Source of the DNA: Candidatus Methanomethylicus oleisabuli
GTDB lineage: Archaea > Thermoproteota > Methanomethylicia > Methanomethylicales > Methanomethylicaceae
DNA: 64,000 bases
Assembly: GCA_001717025.1 (NCBI GenBank)
Contig: MAGU01000051.1
Coordinates: 227-64,226 of the forward strand
Reading direction: 5' to 3'
Shown here: positions 37,497-47,470 of the stretch, one piece after another
Layout: the number at the start of each line of letters is the position of its first letter
Position numbering within the stretch: the first letter of the stretch is position 1
Notes under the pieces: model-generated
Seen by the model: only the letters and a program-made list of their open reading frames with translations
Databases searched by the model: none
Told to the model about the DNA's origin: nothing
Translations under genes and position numbers: made by a program

Positions 37497-38663
37497 ATGT
37501 CGTTGTCGTTGTCAGAACGCTTGGACCTTGTGCCGCCCTCGGGAATACGCCGCTTATTCGAGGTCGCAAGCCGATACCCCGACGCCATTTCACTGGGGAT
37601 CGGCGAGCCCGACTTCGAGACGCCTGCGCACATCCGGAGTTATGCAAAGGAGGCGCTTGACCTAGGCTATACCCACTACACTCCAAACTCCGGTCTGCAG
37701 ATGCTGAGAGACGCGCTCTCAGACAAGCTGAGGAAGGAGAACTGCATCGAAGCCGACCCTGACCGCAACATAATGGTCACCGTCGGCGCGAACCAGGCAG
37801 TAACCCTTGCGCTGGCCGCATTCCTTAGGGCTGGTGAAGAGGTTCTTATACCATCTCCGTGCTTCGTGACGCACAAGGCTGCAGTAACGATAGCCGGCGG
37901 AAACGCCGTTGACGTGGCGACCGATGAGCAGAACGGCTTTGAAATAACCTTCGAGTCGCTCAACCGCGCCGTGACTAAGAAGAGTCGTTGCATCCTCATC
38001 AACTCTCCAAACAACCCTACGGGAGCAGTCCTGTCGAGGAAGCGCCTCGAGGAGGTCGCTACAGTTGCAGTGGAGCACGACCTGAGAGTCATATCTGACG
38101 AGGTATACGAGTCGCTTGTCTATGATGGTCACAAGCACGTTAGCATCGCCTCGCTCGAGGGTATGGCAGATCGGACCATCACAATAAACGGCTTCTCCAA
38201 GGTCTATGCCATGACCGGCTGGCGGCTTGGCTACTTAGCTGCCGACCAAGCCTCTGTAGAGAAGATGGTCAAGCTGCAGATGTACCTCGACACATGCCCC
38301 GTGGCATTTGCGCAGTATGCCGCCGCAAAGGCTCTTGGCGACCCCCGAAGCAGGATGGCGGCTGAGGCCATGCGATTCGAGTATCAAAGGCGCCGGGATT
38401 GCATCTATGACCTTCTGAAGGGCATTCCGCAGTTCAGCGTCTCGAAGCCCATGGGCACCTTCTACATATTCCCTGGAATTGGTGCCATGGACGACCAGCT
38501 GTTCTCTGAGGCGGTTCTAGAGAAGGCGCACGTTGCCTTGGTTCCAGGGTCCACATTCGGAGCCGCTGGCAGGGGTCATGTTAGGATCGCTTACACCGTT
38601 GCGCTGGAGAGGCTCGAGGAGGCTATGGCAAAGATAACGCGGGCATTGCCAGAGATACTCTAA
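37497..38663 (+). CDS. class I/II pyridoxal-phosphate aminotransferase (aspartate aminotransferase family)
   Basis: NSPNNPTGAV and GFSKVYAMTGWRLGY (Schiff-base Lys region) motifs. The start is at the internal MSLSLSERL. Confidence 0.85.
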   Translation: MSLSLSERLDLVPPSGIRRLFEVASRYPDAISLGIGEPDFETPAHIRSYAKEALDLGYTHYTPNSGLQMLRDALSDKLRKENCIEADPDRNIMVTVGANQAVTLALAAFLRAGEEVLIPSPCFVTHKAAVTIAGGNAVDVATDEQNGFEITFESLNRAVTKKSRCILINSPNNPTGAVLSRKRLEEVATVAVEHDLRVISDEVYESLVYDGHKHVSIASLEGMADRTITINGFSKVYAMTGWRLGYLAADQASVEKMVKLQMYLDTCPVAFAQYAAAKALGDPRSRMAAEAMRFEYQRRRDCIYDLLKGIPQFSVSKPMGTFYIFPGIGAMDDQLFSEAVLEKAHVALVPGSTFGAAGRGHVRIAYTVALERLEEAMAKITRALPEIL

Positions 38664-38703
38664 GTGCTGCGAACTCCCCTCGCGTCTGCGTGCCATCTTA
38701 TGC

Positions 38704-39720
38704 CTACGCAGAGACGTGGACGTTGAAAGCGAGCTCAGCAATCCCTATGGCATACTCCGCAATCCTGTTTGTGGAATCCATGACAATTATCATCGCGCCG
38801 ATGACCTTCGTCTGGAGGTTGCCATCAACGACGCGTTTCATGAGCTCCTCAACGCTGCTGCTTACCTTCCTCGCATCGTGGATCGCCTTGTTGGCTTCGG
38901 CCAAGCTTCCGTTCTGCAGGCAATTGACCGATCTTATGAAGGCGCTTCCGGCGCTCTCGATGTTGTTGATTATAGACGCTGCAAGTTCAGCGTCGACGCC
39001 TTCAACGACCTCCATGAATTTCCCGGCAATCTTGTAGACATGGTCCGCGACTCTCTCGATATGCCTGAACGCGAGCCTGTACTCGAGGCAGTCCTTCACA
39101 TCCCTGACACCATAATCTTTGAGCGAGCTCATATCTGACATTATATTAGTCAGCCATCTGCAGCCCATGAAGTAAAGCTTATCGACGTCCTCGTCCCTCT
39201 CCATGACGTCCTTAAGTATGTTCCTGTCCTTCTTATCTATGGCCTTCGTGACGTCGGAGAGCATGTCCTTAACCATCGTCGCCATCCTCATAAGGAGCTT
39301 ATCCAGTGGGAACTCGTAAGGTCTGAGGAGTATCTGTATCGTGATGTTGTTGACCGACTCCTCTATGATCTCTCCCCCTGCCATCTTGTACTTTATCATA
39401 CGCCTGATCTTGTTCCTAGACGATGGATCCAGCGTTAGCCCTGCAAGGTCCAGTTTTATTATATCATAGTTGGCTATGTATGCTGCCAGCGCCTCGCGAA
39501 CAAGATAGCCTGCATCGGACTCCTTGGTAGCAATCGTTATCTCTCTATTCTGGGGATGATCATTCATGCCATCCAAAGTGGATATCTTCAGATTGCCGTC
39601 CGAGAGGGTCTGGATATCGACCTCCGTTTGTGCCTGCACCATGTTCTTCTTTACCCATTCTTGCGGAAGTGACACCGTAAACGTCGACTTTCCAACCTTC
39701 TGAACCTTCCTAATGCTCAT
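38704..39720 (-). CDS. PhoU-family regulator with N-terminal SpoVT/AbrB swapped-hairpin domain
   Basis: N-terminal MSIRKVQKVGKSTFTVSLPQEWV (AbrB-like), followed by two PhoU-like helical repeats. This is a common archaeal architecture. Confidence 0.7.
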   Translation of the reverse strand: MSIRKVQKVGKSTFTVSLPQEWVKKNMVQAQTEVDIQTLSDGNLKISTLDGMNDHPQNREITIATKESDAGYLVREALAAYIANYDIIKLDLAGLTLDPSSRNKIRRMIKYKMAGGEIIEESVNNITIQILLRPYEFPLDKLLMRMATMVKDMLSDVTKAIDKKDRNILKDVMERDEDVDKLYFMGCRWLTNIMSDMSSLKDYGVRDVKDCLEYRLAFRHIERVADHVYKIAGKFMEVVEGVDAELAASIINNIESAGSAFIRSVNCLQNGSLAEANKAIHDARKVSSSVEELMKRVVDGNLQTKVIGAMIIVMDSTNRIAEYAIGIAELAFNVHVSA

Positions 39721-39920
39721 GGCGACCCCTTGCCATTTCGTATATACTGTTTTTTCTTCTATATATACTATTTGCATTTAATATATATTCAATCCTTGCA
39801 CCTACACTTCATATATTCAAGCCATCCAAACGCCTTGCAAGCAATCTGCTATCGATCGATTCTGCTCGAGCCGCTACCTGCGCATGTAGCCGGGGCGATT
39901 ATATCGTGGAGCGTCCGTGC

Positions 39921-41243
39921 TTAGAGCAAGACCCAGAATATCATCATTAACACATAGCAAACTGTGGTGGAGATGACAACGAAGGGGACGGTCAAGCTGA
40001 GGAAGCGCCTCAAGCGAACCTTGCGGCCCTCCTTCTCGCATAGGTTAAGGGCCGCCAACAGCGCCGGCGCCCCTGCCACGGTCAGGTTACTCCCTAGAGT
40101 TCCACCCCAGAGCAGCGCCCACCAGTAAGGCCATGGGTTTATGGCACCCTGAGCCGCCAAGTCCCTTACTACGTAAAGGAATGCTAATATGTACGCGTCA
40201 TGCTCTATGACGCCCACTATCGGGACTGTTGCCCAGTATATGACCGACACGCCCAATGCCTCGCTTGATGCTAGCGCTGGGGCAAGCGCCTTTGCCGCCA
40301 TCTCGATTATGCCCTGCCTCTCTATGCCTCCGATGAGCACGAAGAGCGCTATGTAGAAGAGGACAGACCTCCAGTCGAGCGAGGAGAGCGCCTCTTCGAA
40401 TGATGGTTTTTTGATCCTGTCACCGAGGCACTCCATGACAAGGACGAGCGAAGCTGCTCCGATTAGTGCGATCGCACCAAGCTGAAGCCCTATGTACCCC
40501 CTCATCGAGAGGGCAATGATTGTCCCAACAAAGAATGCGACTATTATGGCCGCCGCCTTCTTGTCCTTCAAATACGACCCGCCCTCGGGGTTGATGAGCG
40601 CGAAAGCATCCTTGGTCTTTACATCGTTCTTGTACATCCTATCGAAGCCCACCTTGAAGACCGCCAACAATACAGCAAACGTGGTCATGAGTATAGGGAA
40701 TGACGATGGTCTACCGTCGCTCCATATGAAACCAAGGAACTCTATGCCCGAGACGCTGTGAAGCATCTGCGGAGGCAGGTCACCTATCAGTAGGGCAGAT
40801 CCGGTGAAGTTGGCACAGAGCCCTATGAATATGACAAAGGGGGTCGGATCAGTCTTCAGCAACCGCGTGATGTGGATCGCCACAGGGGCGAAGATCAATA
40901 TGACCAGTATGTTGTCAACGAATAGCGAGACAAGGCCTGCCATGCCGCCGATAAGTATTATGAATGTGCTTACCGAGCCCCTTGACCATCTCACCGCCCT
41001 GTGCGCCAAGACCTCCGGAATGCCTGTCTTGCTGAAGTATCCCGCCAGTATCCACATGCTAATTATGAGCACTATCACGTTCCAGTCGACGAAGCTGAAC
41101 GCCTCAAACTCTGTGATAGCACCGACAACAATCATCAGGATTGACCCAAATATTGCAACAGCTGCCCTGTCGACCTTCCCCCATACTATTGCGCCGACCG
41201 TTCCAATCAATATGATCAACGATGCGATTTGGAGGGGCTCCAT
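39921..41243 (-). CDS. ArsB/NhaD/CitMHS-superfamily anion permease
   Basis: 440 aa with about 12 TM helices and a two-fold internal repeat, typical of the ion-transporter superfamily. Confidence 0.6.
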   Translation of the reverse strand: MEPLQIASLIILIGTVGAIVWGKVDRAAVAIFGSILMIVVGAITEFEAFSFVDWNVIVLIISMWILAGYFSKTGIPEVLAHRAVRWSRGSVSTFIILIGGMAGLVSLFVDNILVILIFAPVAIHITRLLKTDPTPFVIFIGLCANFTGSALLIGDLPPQMLHSVSGIEFLGFIWSDGRPSSFPILMTTFAVLLAVFKVGFDRMYKNDVKTKDAFALINPEGGSYLKDKKAAAIIVAFFVGTIIALSMRGYIGLQLGAIALIGAASLVLVMECLGDRIKKPSFEEALSSLDWRSVLFYIALFVLIGGIERQGIIEMAAKALAPALASSEALGVSVIYWATVPIVGVIEHDAYILAFLYVVRDLAAQGAINPWPYWWALLWGGTLGSNLTVAGAPALLAALNLCEKEGRKVRLRRFLSLTVPFVVISTTVCYVLMMIFWVLL

Positions 41244-41353
41244 CTAGTGCAGCTCCGACACTGCATGGCTAAATTGCCTCTTCAATTTATAGATGCCTCT
41301 CCAGACCATCAAGAATCATGCGAAAAATAGGCGGGGGCGGCTCCCCCTGCGTT

Positions 41354-41989
41354 TTACTTGAATGGCTTCCCGAGCGGTAGCGCCTGCTTCCCGAGACCGT
41401 CGTTTATTACGTTTGCAGCGGATACATACCATGCTACAGCGGCAGTCACAATGCCCATGAATCCACCCGAATTGGTTACGGCAACAACGCCAGAGATGTC
41501 TCCTATTCCGAGCAGGACGAATGTTATGAAAAGGAATAGGAAGACGAGGTTTGTTGCCTTGTTCGCTTTCAGCGATGCGATCCAGAGGTAGAATGTGAGG
41601 AACCCCCAAAGCACGAGCACCACGCCCGCCGTCACCGGCTCGGCAGTGACTATGCCTGCCGTGGAGAATATCCCGACTAACGCATAGTATATCCAGAATG
41701 CGCCGTATGATGTAAACGCGGTGAATCCAAACGTGTTGCCCGCCTTAGCCTCCCACATGCCAACGAAGAGCTGGATGAGTCCGCCGTAAGCGATTGCCAG
41801 GGGTATGACCATGGTCTTCCCAAGCCCGGCGAGCACGCCCAGGTTGTAGAGTGATAGCACCGTCGTTGTCATGGCAAATGCCGCTAGACCCAACGGTCCA
41901 GGATTTAAAACTTTTGATGACACAACAATTGCACCTTTAGTATTATCAACCTCGTTAATTTGGTTGTAATATAATTTTCTTTCATTCAC
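41354..41989 (-). CDS. GPR1/FUN34/YaaH (SatP) family acetate/succinate channel
   Basis: NPGPLGLAAFAMTT matches the family signature NPAPLGL. Six TM helices and 211 aa. Confidence 0.8.
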   Translation of the reverse strand: MNERKLYYNQINEVDNTKGAIVVSSKVLNPGPLGLAAFAMTTTVLSLYNLGVLAGLGKTMVIPLAIAYGGLIQLFVGMWEAKAGNTFGFTAFTSYGAFWIYYALVGIFSTAGIVTAEPVTAGVVLVLWGFLTFYLWIASLKANKATNLVFLFLFITFVLLGIGDISGVVAVTNSGGFMGIVTAAVAWYVSAANVINDGLGKQALPLGKPFK

Positions 41990-42058
41990 CGGTCTGGGGG
42001 GCGCTGCGCTTCTTTAATATACTGCCGATTCGAGACTAGCCACTCGTGGCGAACCTGA

Positions 42059-43594
42059 ATGGTTACAAACGGGCTCTTGGAACGCTACAGCCTACTCCTC
42101 TCAAAGTACCGCGACTATGCCATCTTGCTTAGCGCCGAGGCTATGCTACAGTGGGACATGGAAACCAAGATGCCCCCCGCCGGCTCCCGCCTCAGGGGCG
42201 AGCAGCTGGCATTGCTCAGCCGCATAGACCACAAGATGGCGGTAGACCCTGAGATGGGGCGACTGCTCGACGAGATACTGCGCCACAGGGACTATCCTTC
42301 ACTCTCTGACCTCCAGCGCAGGAACATCTACCTGATAAATAGGGCATACCGGGAGAACGTGGCGCTTCCCGAAGACCTTGTCGCCGCGACATCACGTCAC
42401 AGCGTCGCTTGCTTCAACGTCTGGCGAAAGGCGAAGCAAGCAAAGGACTTCTCTCTCTTCAAGGATGACCTCAGCAGGATGTTTGAGCTGAGGATGCGCG
42501 CTGCCACGCTACTCATGGAGCCCAAGGGCGTGAAGACGCCATACGATGCCGCCTTGGACTCCTTTGACCCAAAGATCTCCCAGGACACCATATCCCGCAC
42601 CTTCGACTCCCTGAGGACCGTGCTCACTCCGATCATCTCGAGGTGGTCCGATGAATCCTCTGCGGTTAATGCTGCCGCATTGGGCGTATCGGTACCGGCC
42701 GATAGCCAGTCGCGCATATCAAAGTCCCTGGCGCGGTTCATCGGATACGATATAGACTCAGAGAAGGGCATGGGGCGGATAGACGAGACCGAGCACCCTT
42801 TCACGATCGGCATGTATGACGACGTGCGGATAACAACCCACTACTTTGAGCGCAACTTTGCATCATCGCTCTTCTCGATACTCCATGAGGGGGGGCATGC
42901 AATGTACGAGCAGAGCCTGCCGCGCGAGTGGATGTACCAGCCGGTCGGCACCGCATGCTCTTACTGCTTCCACGAGTCCCAGTCGAGGTTCGTCGAGAAC
43001 GTAATAGGCAGGTCGCCTGAGTTCTGGTCATATTACCTGCCTGAGCTGAAGTCGCTTGCACCCGAGCTATCCGGGCTCACTTACAGGGACGCCGTGCAGG
43101 GGGTCAACCTTGTGGTGCCATCAAAGATCCGGATCGAGGCAGATGAGGCGACTTACGCCATGCACATAATCATACGCTTTGAGATCGAACGCGACCTGTT
43201 TGCCGGCAAGCTGCGTGTGGACGAGCTGCCGCAGGTCTGGAACGAGAAGTACTTAAAGTACCTTGGAGCTGAGGTCGATGACGACGCGGAGGGCGTCCTG
43301 CAGGACGTCCATTGGTCGCAGGGTAACTTCGGCTACTTCCCTTCATACGCGATAGGAAACATCATATGTGGTCAGTTGCGGGCGAAGCTGGAGAAGGAGG
43401 TGCCTGAATGGTCCAGCCGGCTGCTCGACGGTAACTTCTTGGGGGTTAGGGGCTGGCTGAACCGCAACGTGCACGCGTATGGGAATCTCTACGATCCACT
43501 TGACCTGCTCAGAATAATCACCGGCGAGGGCATAGAGCCCAAGTACTTCGCCAGCTACCTGAACTCTAAGTATGAGAGGGTCTACGGCATCTGA
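42059..43594 (+). CDS. M32 carboxypeptidase (carboxypeptidase Taq family)
   Basis: HEGGHAMYEQ (HExxH) and HESQSRF motifs are diagnostic of M32. Length is 511 aa. Confidence 0.85.
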   Translation: MVTNGLLERYSLLLSKYRDYAILLSAEAMLQWDMETKMPPAGSRLRGEQLALLSRIDHKMAVDPEMGRLLDEILRHRDYPSLSDLQRRNIYLINRAYRENVALPEDLVAATSRHSVACFNVWRKAKQAKDFSLFKDDLSRMFELRMRAATLLMEPKGVKTPYDAALDSFDPKISQDTISRTFDSLRTVLTPIISRWSDESSAVNAAALGVSVPADSQSRISKSLARFIGYDIDSEKGMGRIDETEHPFTIGMYDDVRITTHYFERNFASSLFSILHEGGHAMYEQSLPREWMYQPVGTACSYCFHESQSRFVENVIGRSPEFWSYYLPELKSLAPELSGLTYRDAVQGVNLVVPSKIRIEADEATYAMHIIIRFEIERDLFAGKLRVDELPQVWNEKYLKYLGAEVDDDAEGVLQDVHWSQGNFGYFPSYAIGNIICGQLRAKLEKEVPEWSSRLLDGNFLGVRGWLNRNVHAYGNLYDPLDLLRIITGEGIEPKYFASYLNSKYERVYGI

Positions 43595-43655
43595 TCTTCC
43601 TATACGGTTCTGCCTGAACCTCGCAATGCATAAGGAGGGGGCGCCGTCGCCGTGC

Positions 43656-44468
43656 TCACATCTTCTTTATGTAATTTATGGCGCCCTCGAATATGGCCCT
43701 CCCGTCCCCAAACTCTGGCGGCGCGACACCCCAGCTCGGCAACTGCCAGCCGTAGAACGCCCTCTCAGGATGCGGCATCATGCCCATCACGTTGCCCTTC
43801 TTGTTGCAGATGCCCGCAATGTCAAATATTGCGCCGTTAGGGTTCTCCGGATACTTGCCTCCGGCCGGGCTTCCGTCTTCCAGCGCATACCTGAAGACGA
43901 CCTGCTTGTCATCGATTAGCTCTTCAAGCATCCCCTGCGACTGTAGCAGGAGCCTACCCTCGCCATGACCAACTGGGACCATTATGACTTGATCCTTGTT
44001 CAGCGTGGATGTAAATGGCGTCCTCTTGGACTCCACCCTGAGGCGGACCCACCTGCACTCATACTTTGAGGAGTTGTTATTCGCAAGCACCGCTGAGGGG
44101 ATTCCGCTCACAGACGCACCATCGCCCGGGAGGGCACCGGTCTCGACCAGCACCTGGAAGCCGTTACAGATCCCTAGCACGAGCTTCTCTTCATCGATGA
44201 ACCTCTGAAGCTCCTTGCCAAGCCTCGTCACGAGCTCCTTGCCCCATATCGCGCCAGCCCTCACATAATCTCCGTATGAGAACCCGCCCGGGAAGACGAG
44301 CATCTGGTAATCCGAGAGGCCCTTCTTTATCGCTTGGTTCATATGAAGCACATCTGTGCCGATCCCAAGCTCCGTGAGGGCGGAACTGACCTCCAGGTCG
44401 CAGTTGGTCCCGCCGACCCTAAGTACGCAAGCCTTCGCCTGTTTCAGCTTCATCAGTATCCCCTCCAC
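43656..44468 (-). CDS. purQ: phosphoribosylformylglycinamidine synthase subunit PurQ (glutaminase)
   Basis: Class I GATase with GICNGFQVL (nucleophile Cys) and a C-terminal HPE motif. It overlaps the purL end. Confidence 0.85.
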   Translation of the reverse strand: MEGILMKLKQAKACVLRVGGTNCDLEVSSALTELGIGTDVLHMNQAIKKGLSDYQMLVFPGGFSYGDYVRAGAIWGKELVTRLGKELQRFIDEEKLVLGICNGFQVLVETGALPGDGASVSGIPSAVLANNNSSKYECRWVRLRVESKRTPFTSTLNKDQVIMVPVGHGEGRLLLQSQGMLEELIDDKQVVFRYALEDGSPAGGKYPENPNGAIFDIAGICNKKGNVMGMMPHPERAFYGWQLPSWGVAPPEFGDGRAIFEGAINYIKKM

Positions 44469-46798
44469 GCCAGCCTGAGCCTCTTCGAGTCGATGCTGTA
44501 CTCCTTGCCGCCCATGTCCATGAATGCGAGCCTTGAGCCCTTGACCACCTCGCCGATCTTGGCTCCAGGCAAGCCATGGAATATCTCGTTGAACTCCGAC
44601 GCCCTCTCGGAAGCCACCTCTACGAGGAACCTCCCGGTCGACTCAGAGAAGATTATGCTGTCGCTTCTCTTGATCTGCGATGGGATTCTCTTCAGATCCA
44701 TCTCGACTCCCAGCCCGGTGGACGATATAGCCATCTCTGCTGCCGCAAGGCCAATCCCGCCCTCCGAGATGTCGTGGCAGGACTTCACGATTCCAACGTC
44801 CATGGTTGCCGTCAGCGCATCCATTATCGCCTTTGACAATGGGCCATTCACCTTTGGGACATCCCCACCTTCGAGACCCTTCGATCTGTAGTAAGCCGAA
44901 CCCCCAAGCTCGTCCTTGGTGATTCCAACGATGTAGACGGGGTTGCCTGCTCCCTTCAGCTCTGTAGTAACCGCCCTCCTTACATCAGGGATTATCCCTA
45001 CGCCGGTGATCAGTAGCGTGGGCCTCACCTGCCCCAACGGAGATTCGTTGTAGAGGCTGTCCTTTCCAGATATGAATGGCACGTCGAGCGCCTTCGAGAA
45101 GTCGTAGCACGCCTCGCATGCCCTCAGCAGGCTCCCCATCCTGTCCTCCCTCTCTGGATTGCCCCAGACGAAGTTGTCTAGGATTGCCACCCTCCTGCCG
45201 CCGACAGCAACGTTGTTCCTTACCGCCTCCTCTATTGAGGCTGCCGCCATCCAATATGGATCCGGGATGAATGGGTTCAGACCGCAGGATATCACTAGCC
45301 CCATCCAAGAGTCGCCGAGCGGCTTAAGAACAGCCGCATCGTTCGGGCCGCTCTCGGGTCCTTGGAGCGGCTTTACCGCTGTCGCAGCCCTGACCTCATG
45401 ATCATACGTCCTTATCACGCTCTCCTTGCTCCTGAGGTTTGGCTCAGAGAGCAGGGCGAGTATCTCCTCCTCGAGGTTCTTCGGCTCCTCCAGCTCAACC
45501 CTTGCAGGATGGTAAGCCTCCTCCTTAGCTCTTCTCGTGACCTTGGGTGGCGAGTACAGCATCTCAAGGTCGAGGTCGCAGACGACCTTCCCCTTACTGA
45601 CCACCCTCAGCCTGCCGCTCCGGTCGAACTTACCCAGCACACAGTACTCTATCTCCTCCTCTTCGAGTATCTCCGCCACGCTGGCGAACTTCTCCTCCGG
45701 GACTGAGTAGAGCATCCTCTCCTGCGACTCTGAGACCCATATCTCCCAAGGCGCAAGGTCAGGCTCCTTAAGGTGTATCTCTCCGATATCAACCGTGAGC
45801 CCTAGACCTGATCGATGCGCCATCTCGCCAGTCGCGCAGGACACGCCACCTCCACCCAGGTCGGTTACCCCCGTCGAGAGCCTCCCGTCCCTTATCCTAA
45901 GCGTCGCCCTCCTAAGCCTCTCCTCGACGAGCGGGTTTGGAATCTGGACTGCTGATCTGAGGCTCTCCGCCTCCTCCGACAGGTCTGCGGATGCGAAAGT
46001 TACGCCGTGTATCCCGTCCCTGCCCGTCTTCCCTCCGGCTAAGACCGCAAGGTCGCCCTCCCTCGTATCCTTGACGTACTTGTCCTTTGGCAGAATCCCA
46101 AAGGCGCCGCAGTAGACGACTACGTTACCGGTGTACTGCCTGTCGAAGAGAACCGCTCCTGAGACCGTTGGCAGACCCATGTTGTTACCATAGCTTCCGA
46201 TGCCAGCGACGACACCCTTGTAGATGTACTTCGGGTGCTTCACTCCAGGCGGAAGCTCCTCGTGCCTCACATCGAGCGGTCCGAAGCACAGTACATCAGA
46301 AACCGCAATGGGCTCCCCCCAGACGCCCAGAATGTCCCTTATGACGCCACCCACGCCTGTTGCCGCTCCGCCGAATGGCTCGACCGCGGACGGATGGTTG
46401 TGCGTCTCCACCTTTGCCGCTACAACCGTATCCTTGTCGAAATCTACCAGCCCCGCATTGTCCTCGAAGACTGAGAAGCACCATTGCTTCTTCAGTTCGC
46501 TGGTTGCCTTAGCTATGTAGCTTTTGAGGAGGTTGCACACCACCCTCCCCTCAGTGACGATATTGCCCTTGAACGTCTTGTGGATGCAGTGCTCCGACCA
46601 TGTCTGACCGAACGTCTGCAGCTCGACATCAGTAGGATTCCTGTTGAGGAGCTTCTTTAGCGCATTCATCTCATCGAGGCTCAGAGCAAGGCCCATCTCG
46701 CTGCTGATCTGAACAAGGTCTGCGTCGCCGGCATCCTTCAGGTCTATCGTATAGACTTCTGGGTCATCACTTGCCTTCTCTATGAGTGCCTTCCTCAA
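44453..46798 (-). CDS. purL: phosphoribosylformylglycinamidine synthase subunit PurL
   Basis: WSEHCIHKTFKG (PurL N-domain) and duplicated PurM-like domains. The ATG at 46903 would overlap purS by 137 nt, so a TTG start at about 46798 (30-nt overlap) is proposed. Confidence 0.8.
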   Translation of the reverse strand: MRKALIEKASDDPEVYTIDLKDAGDADLVQISSEMGLALSLDEMNALKKLLNRNPTDVELQTFGQTWSEHCIHKTFKGNIVTEGRVVCNLLKSYIAKATSELKKQWCFSVFEDNAGLVDFDKDTVVAAKVETHNHPSAVEPFGGAATGVGGVIRDILGVWGEPIAVSDVLCFGPLDVRHEELPPGVKHPKYIYKGVVAGIGSYGNNMGLPTVSGAVLFDRQYTGNVVVYCGAFGILPKDKYVKDTREGDLAVLAGGKTGRDGIHGVTFASADLSEEAESLRSAVQIPNPLVEERLRRATLRIRDGRLSTGVTDLGGGGVSCATGEMAHRSGLGLTVDIGEIHLKEPDLAPWEIWVSESQERMLYSVPEEKFASVAEILEEEEIEYCVLGKFDRSGRLRVVSKGKVVCDLDLEMLYSPPKVTRRAKEEAYHPARVELEEPKNLEEEILALLSEPNLRSKESVIRTYDHEVRAATAVKPLQGPESGPNDAAVLKPLGDSWMGLVISCGLNPFIPDPYWMAAASIEEAVRNNVAVGGRRVAILDNFVWGNPEREDRMGSLLRACEACYDFSKALDVPFISGKDSLYNESPLGQVRPTLLITGVGIIPDVRRAVTTELKGAGNPVYIVGITKDELGGSAYYRSKGLEGGDVPKVNGPLSKAIMDALTATMDVGIVKSCHDISEGGIGLAAAEMAISSTGLGVEMDLKRIPSQIKRSDSIIFSESTGRFLVEVASERASEFNEIFHGLPGAKIGEVVKGSRLAFMDMGGKEYSIDSKRLRLAWRGY

Positions 46799-47039
46799 CC
46801 TTGAGCACCTCCACGCTGAAGTTGTCTTTGGTCGGGTTCGCGAGCAGCTTCTTGCACATCGCGTTTGCCGCCTCGACCGCCTCCGAATCCGACTTTGCCT
46901 CAAGGTCTATAGTATACGCTTTGCTCACGCCGACCTTTGAGACCGCGAAACCTAGGTCCCTGAGCGACTTGGCGGTGACATCGCCTTCAGGGTCGAAGTG
47001 CCCTGGCTTCAGCCTTATCTCGACCCTTACCCGCTTCAA
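46767..47039 (-). CDS. purS: phosphoribosylformylglycinamidine synthase subunit PurS
   Basis: 90 aa. MKRVRVEIRLKPGHFDPEG... is the typical PurS fold. Position is between purE and purL. Confidence 0.8.
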   Translation of the reverse strand: MKRVRVEIRLKPGHFDPEGDVTAKSLRDLGFAVSKVGVSKAYTIDLEAKSDSEAVEAANAMCKKLLANPTKDNFSVEVLKVEEGTHREGK

Positions 47040-47470
47040 CTGTTTGCCCTCCTCTCCTCCTCGAGTCTGGCGGCAAGCTGCGGATACTTCAGTGCCAGCA
47101 TCTCGACAGCCAGTATGGCTGCATTCTTCCAGTTGTCGACTCCGACCGTCGCCACGGGCACGCCAGGAGGCATCTGGACAATCGAGAGCAGCGCGTCTAT
47201 GCCCATCAGCTTCGCATCCTTAGGCACCCCTATCACCGGTCTCACGGTCTTTGATGCTATTACCCCCGGCAAGGCGGCTGAGAGCCCCGCCACTGCTATG
47301 AAGACCTCCGCATCAGACTTCGCGACAAAATCATCCAGATTCGCAGGGTTCCTGTGGGCGGAGATCACCCTGTAATCGCAGTCTATCCCGTAAGACTTGA
47401 GGAGCTCCACCGCATCCATGCCTAGCTTCTCGTCCGACCTGCTTCCGACTACAACTGCCGCCTTAGGCAT
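47036..47470 (-). CDS. purE: N5-CAIR mutase / AIR carboxylase PurE
   Basis: AAVVVGSRSD...AHRNP...IAVAGLSAALPGV motifs. The start is at the internal MPKAAVV. Confidence 0.85.
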   Translation of the reverse strand: MPKAAVVVGSRSDEKLGMDAVELLKSYGIDCDYRVISAHRNPANLDDFVAKSDAEVFIAVAGLSAALPGVIASKTVRPVIGVPKDAKLMGIDALLSIVQMPPGVPVATVGVDNWKNAAILAVEMLALKYPQLAARLEEERRANS

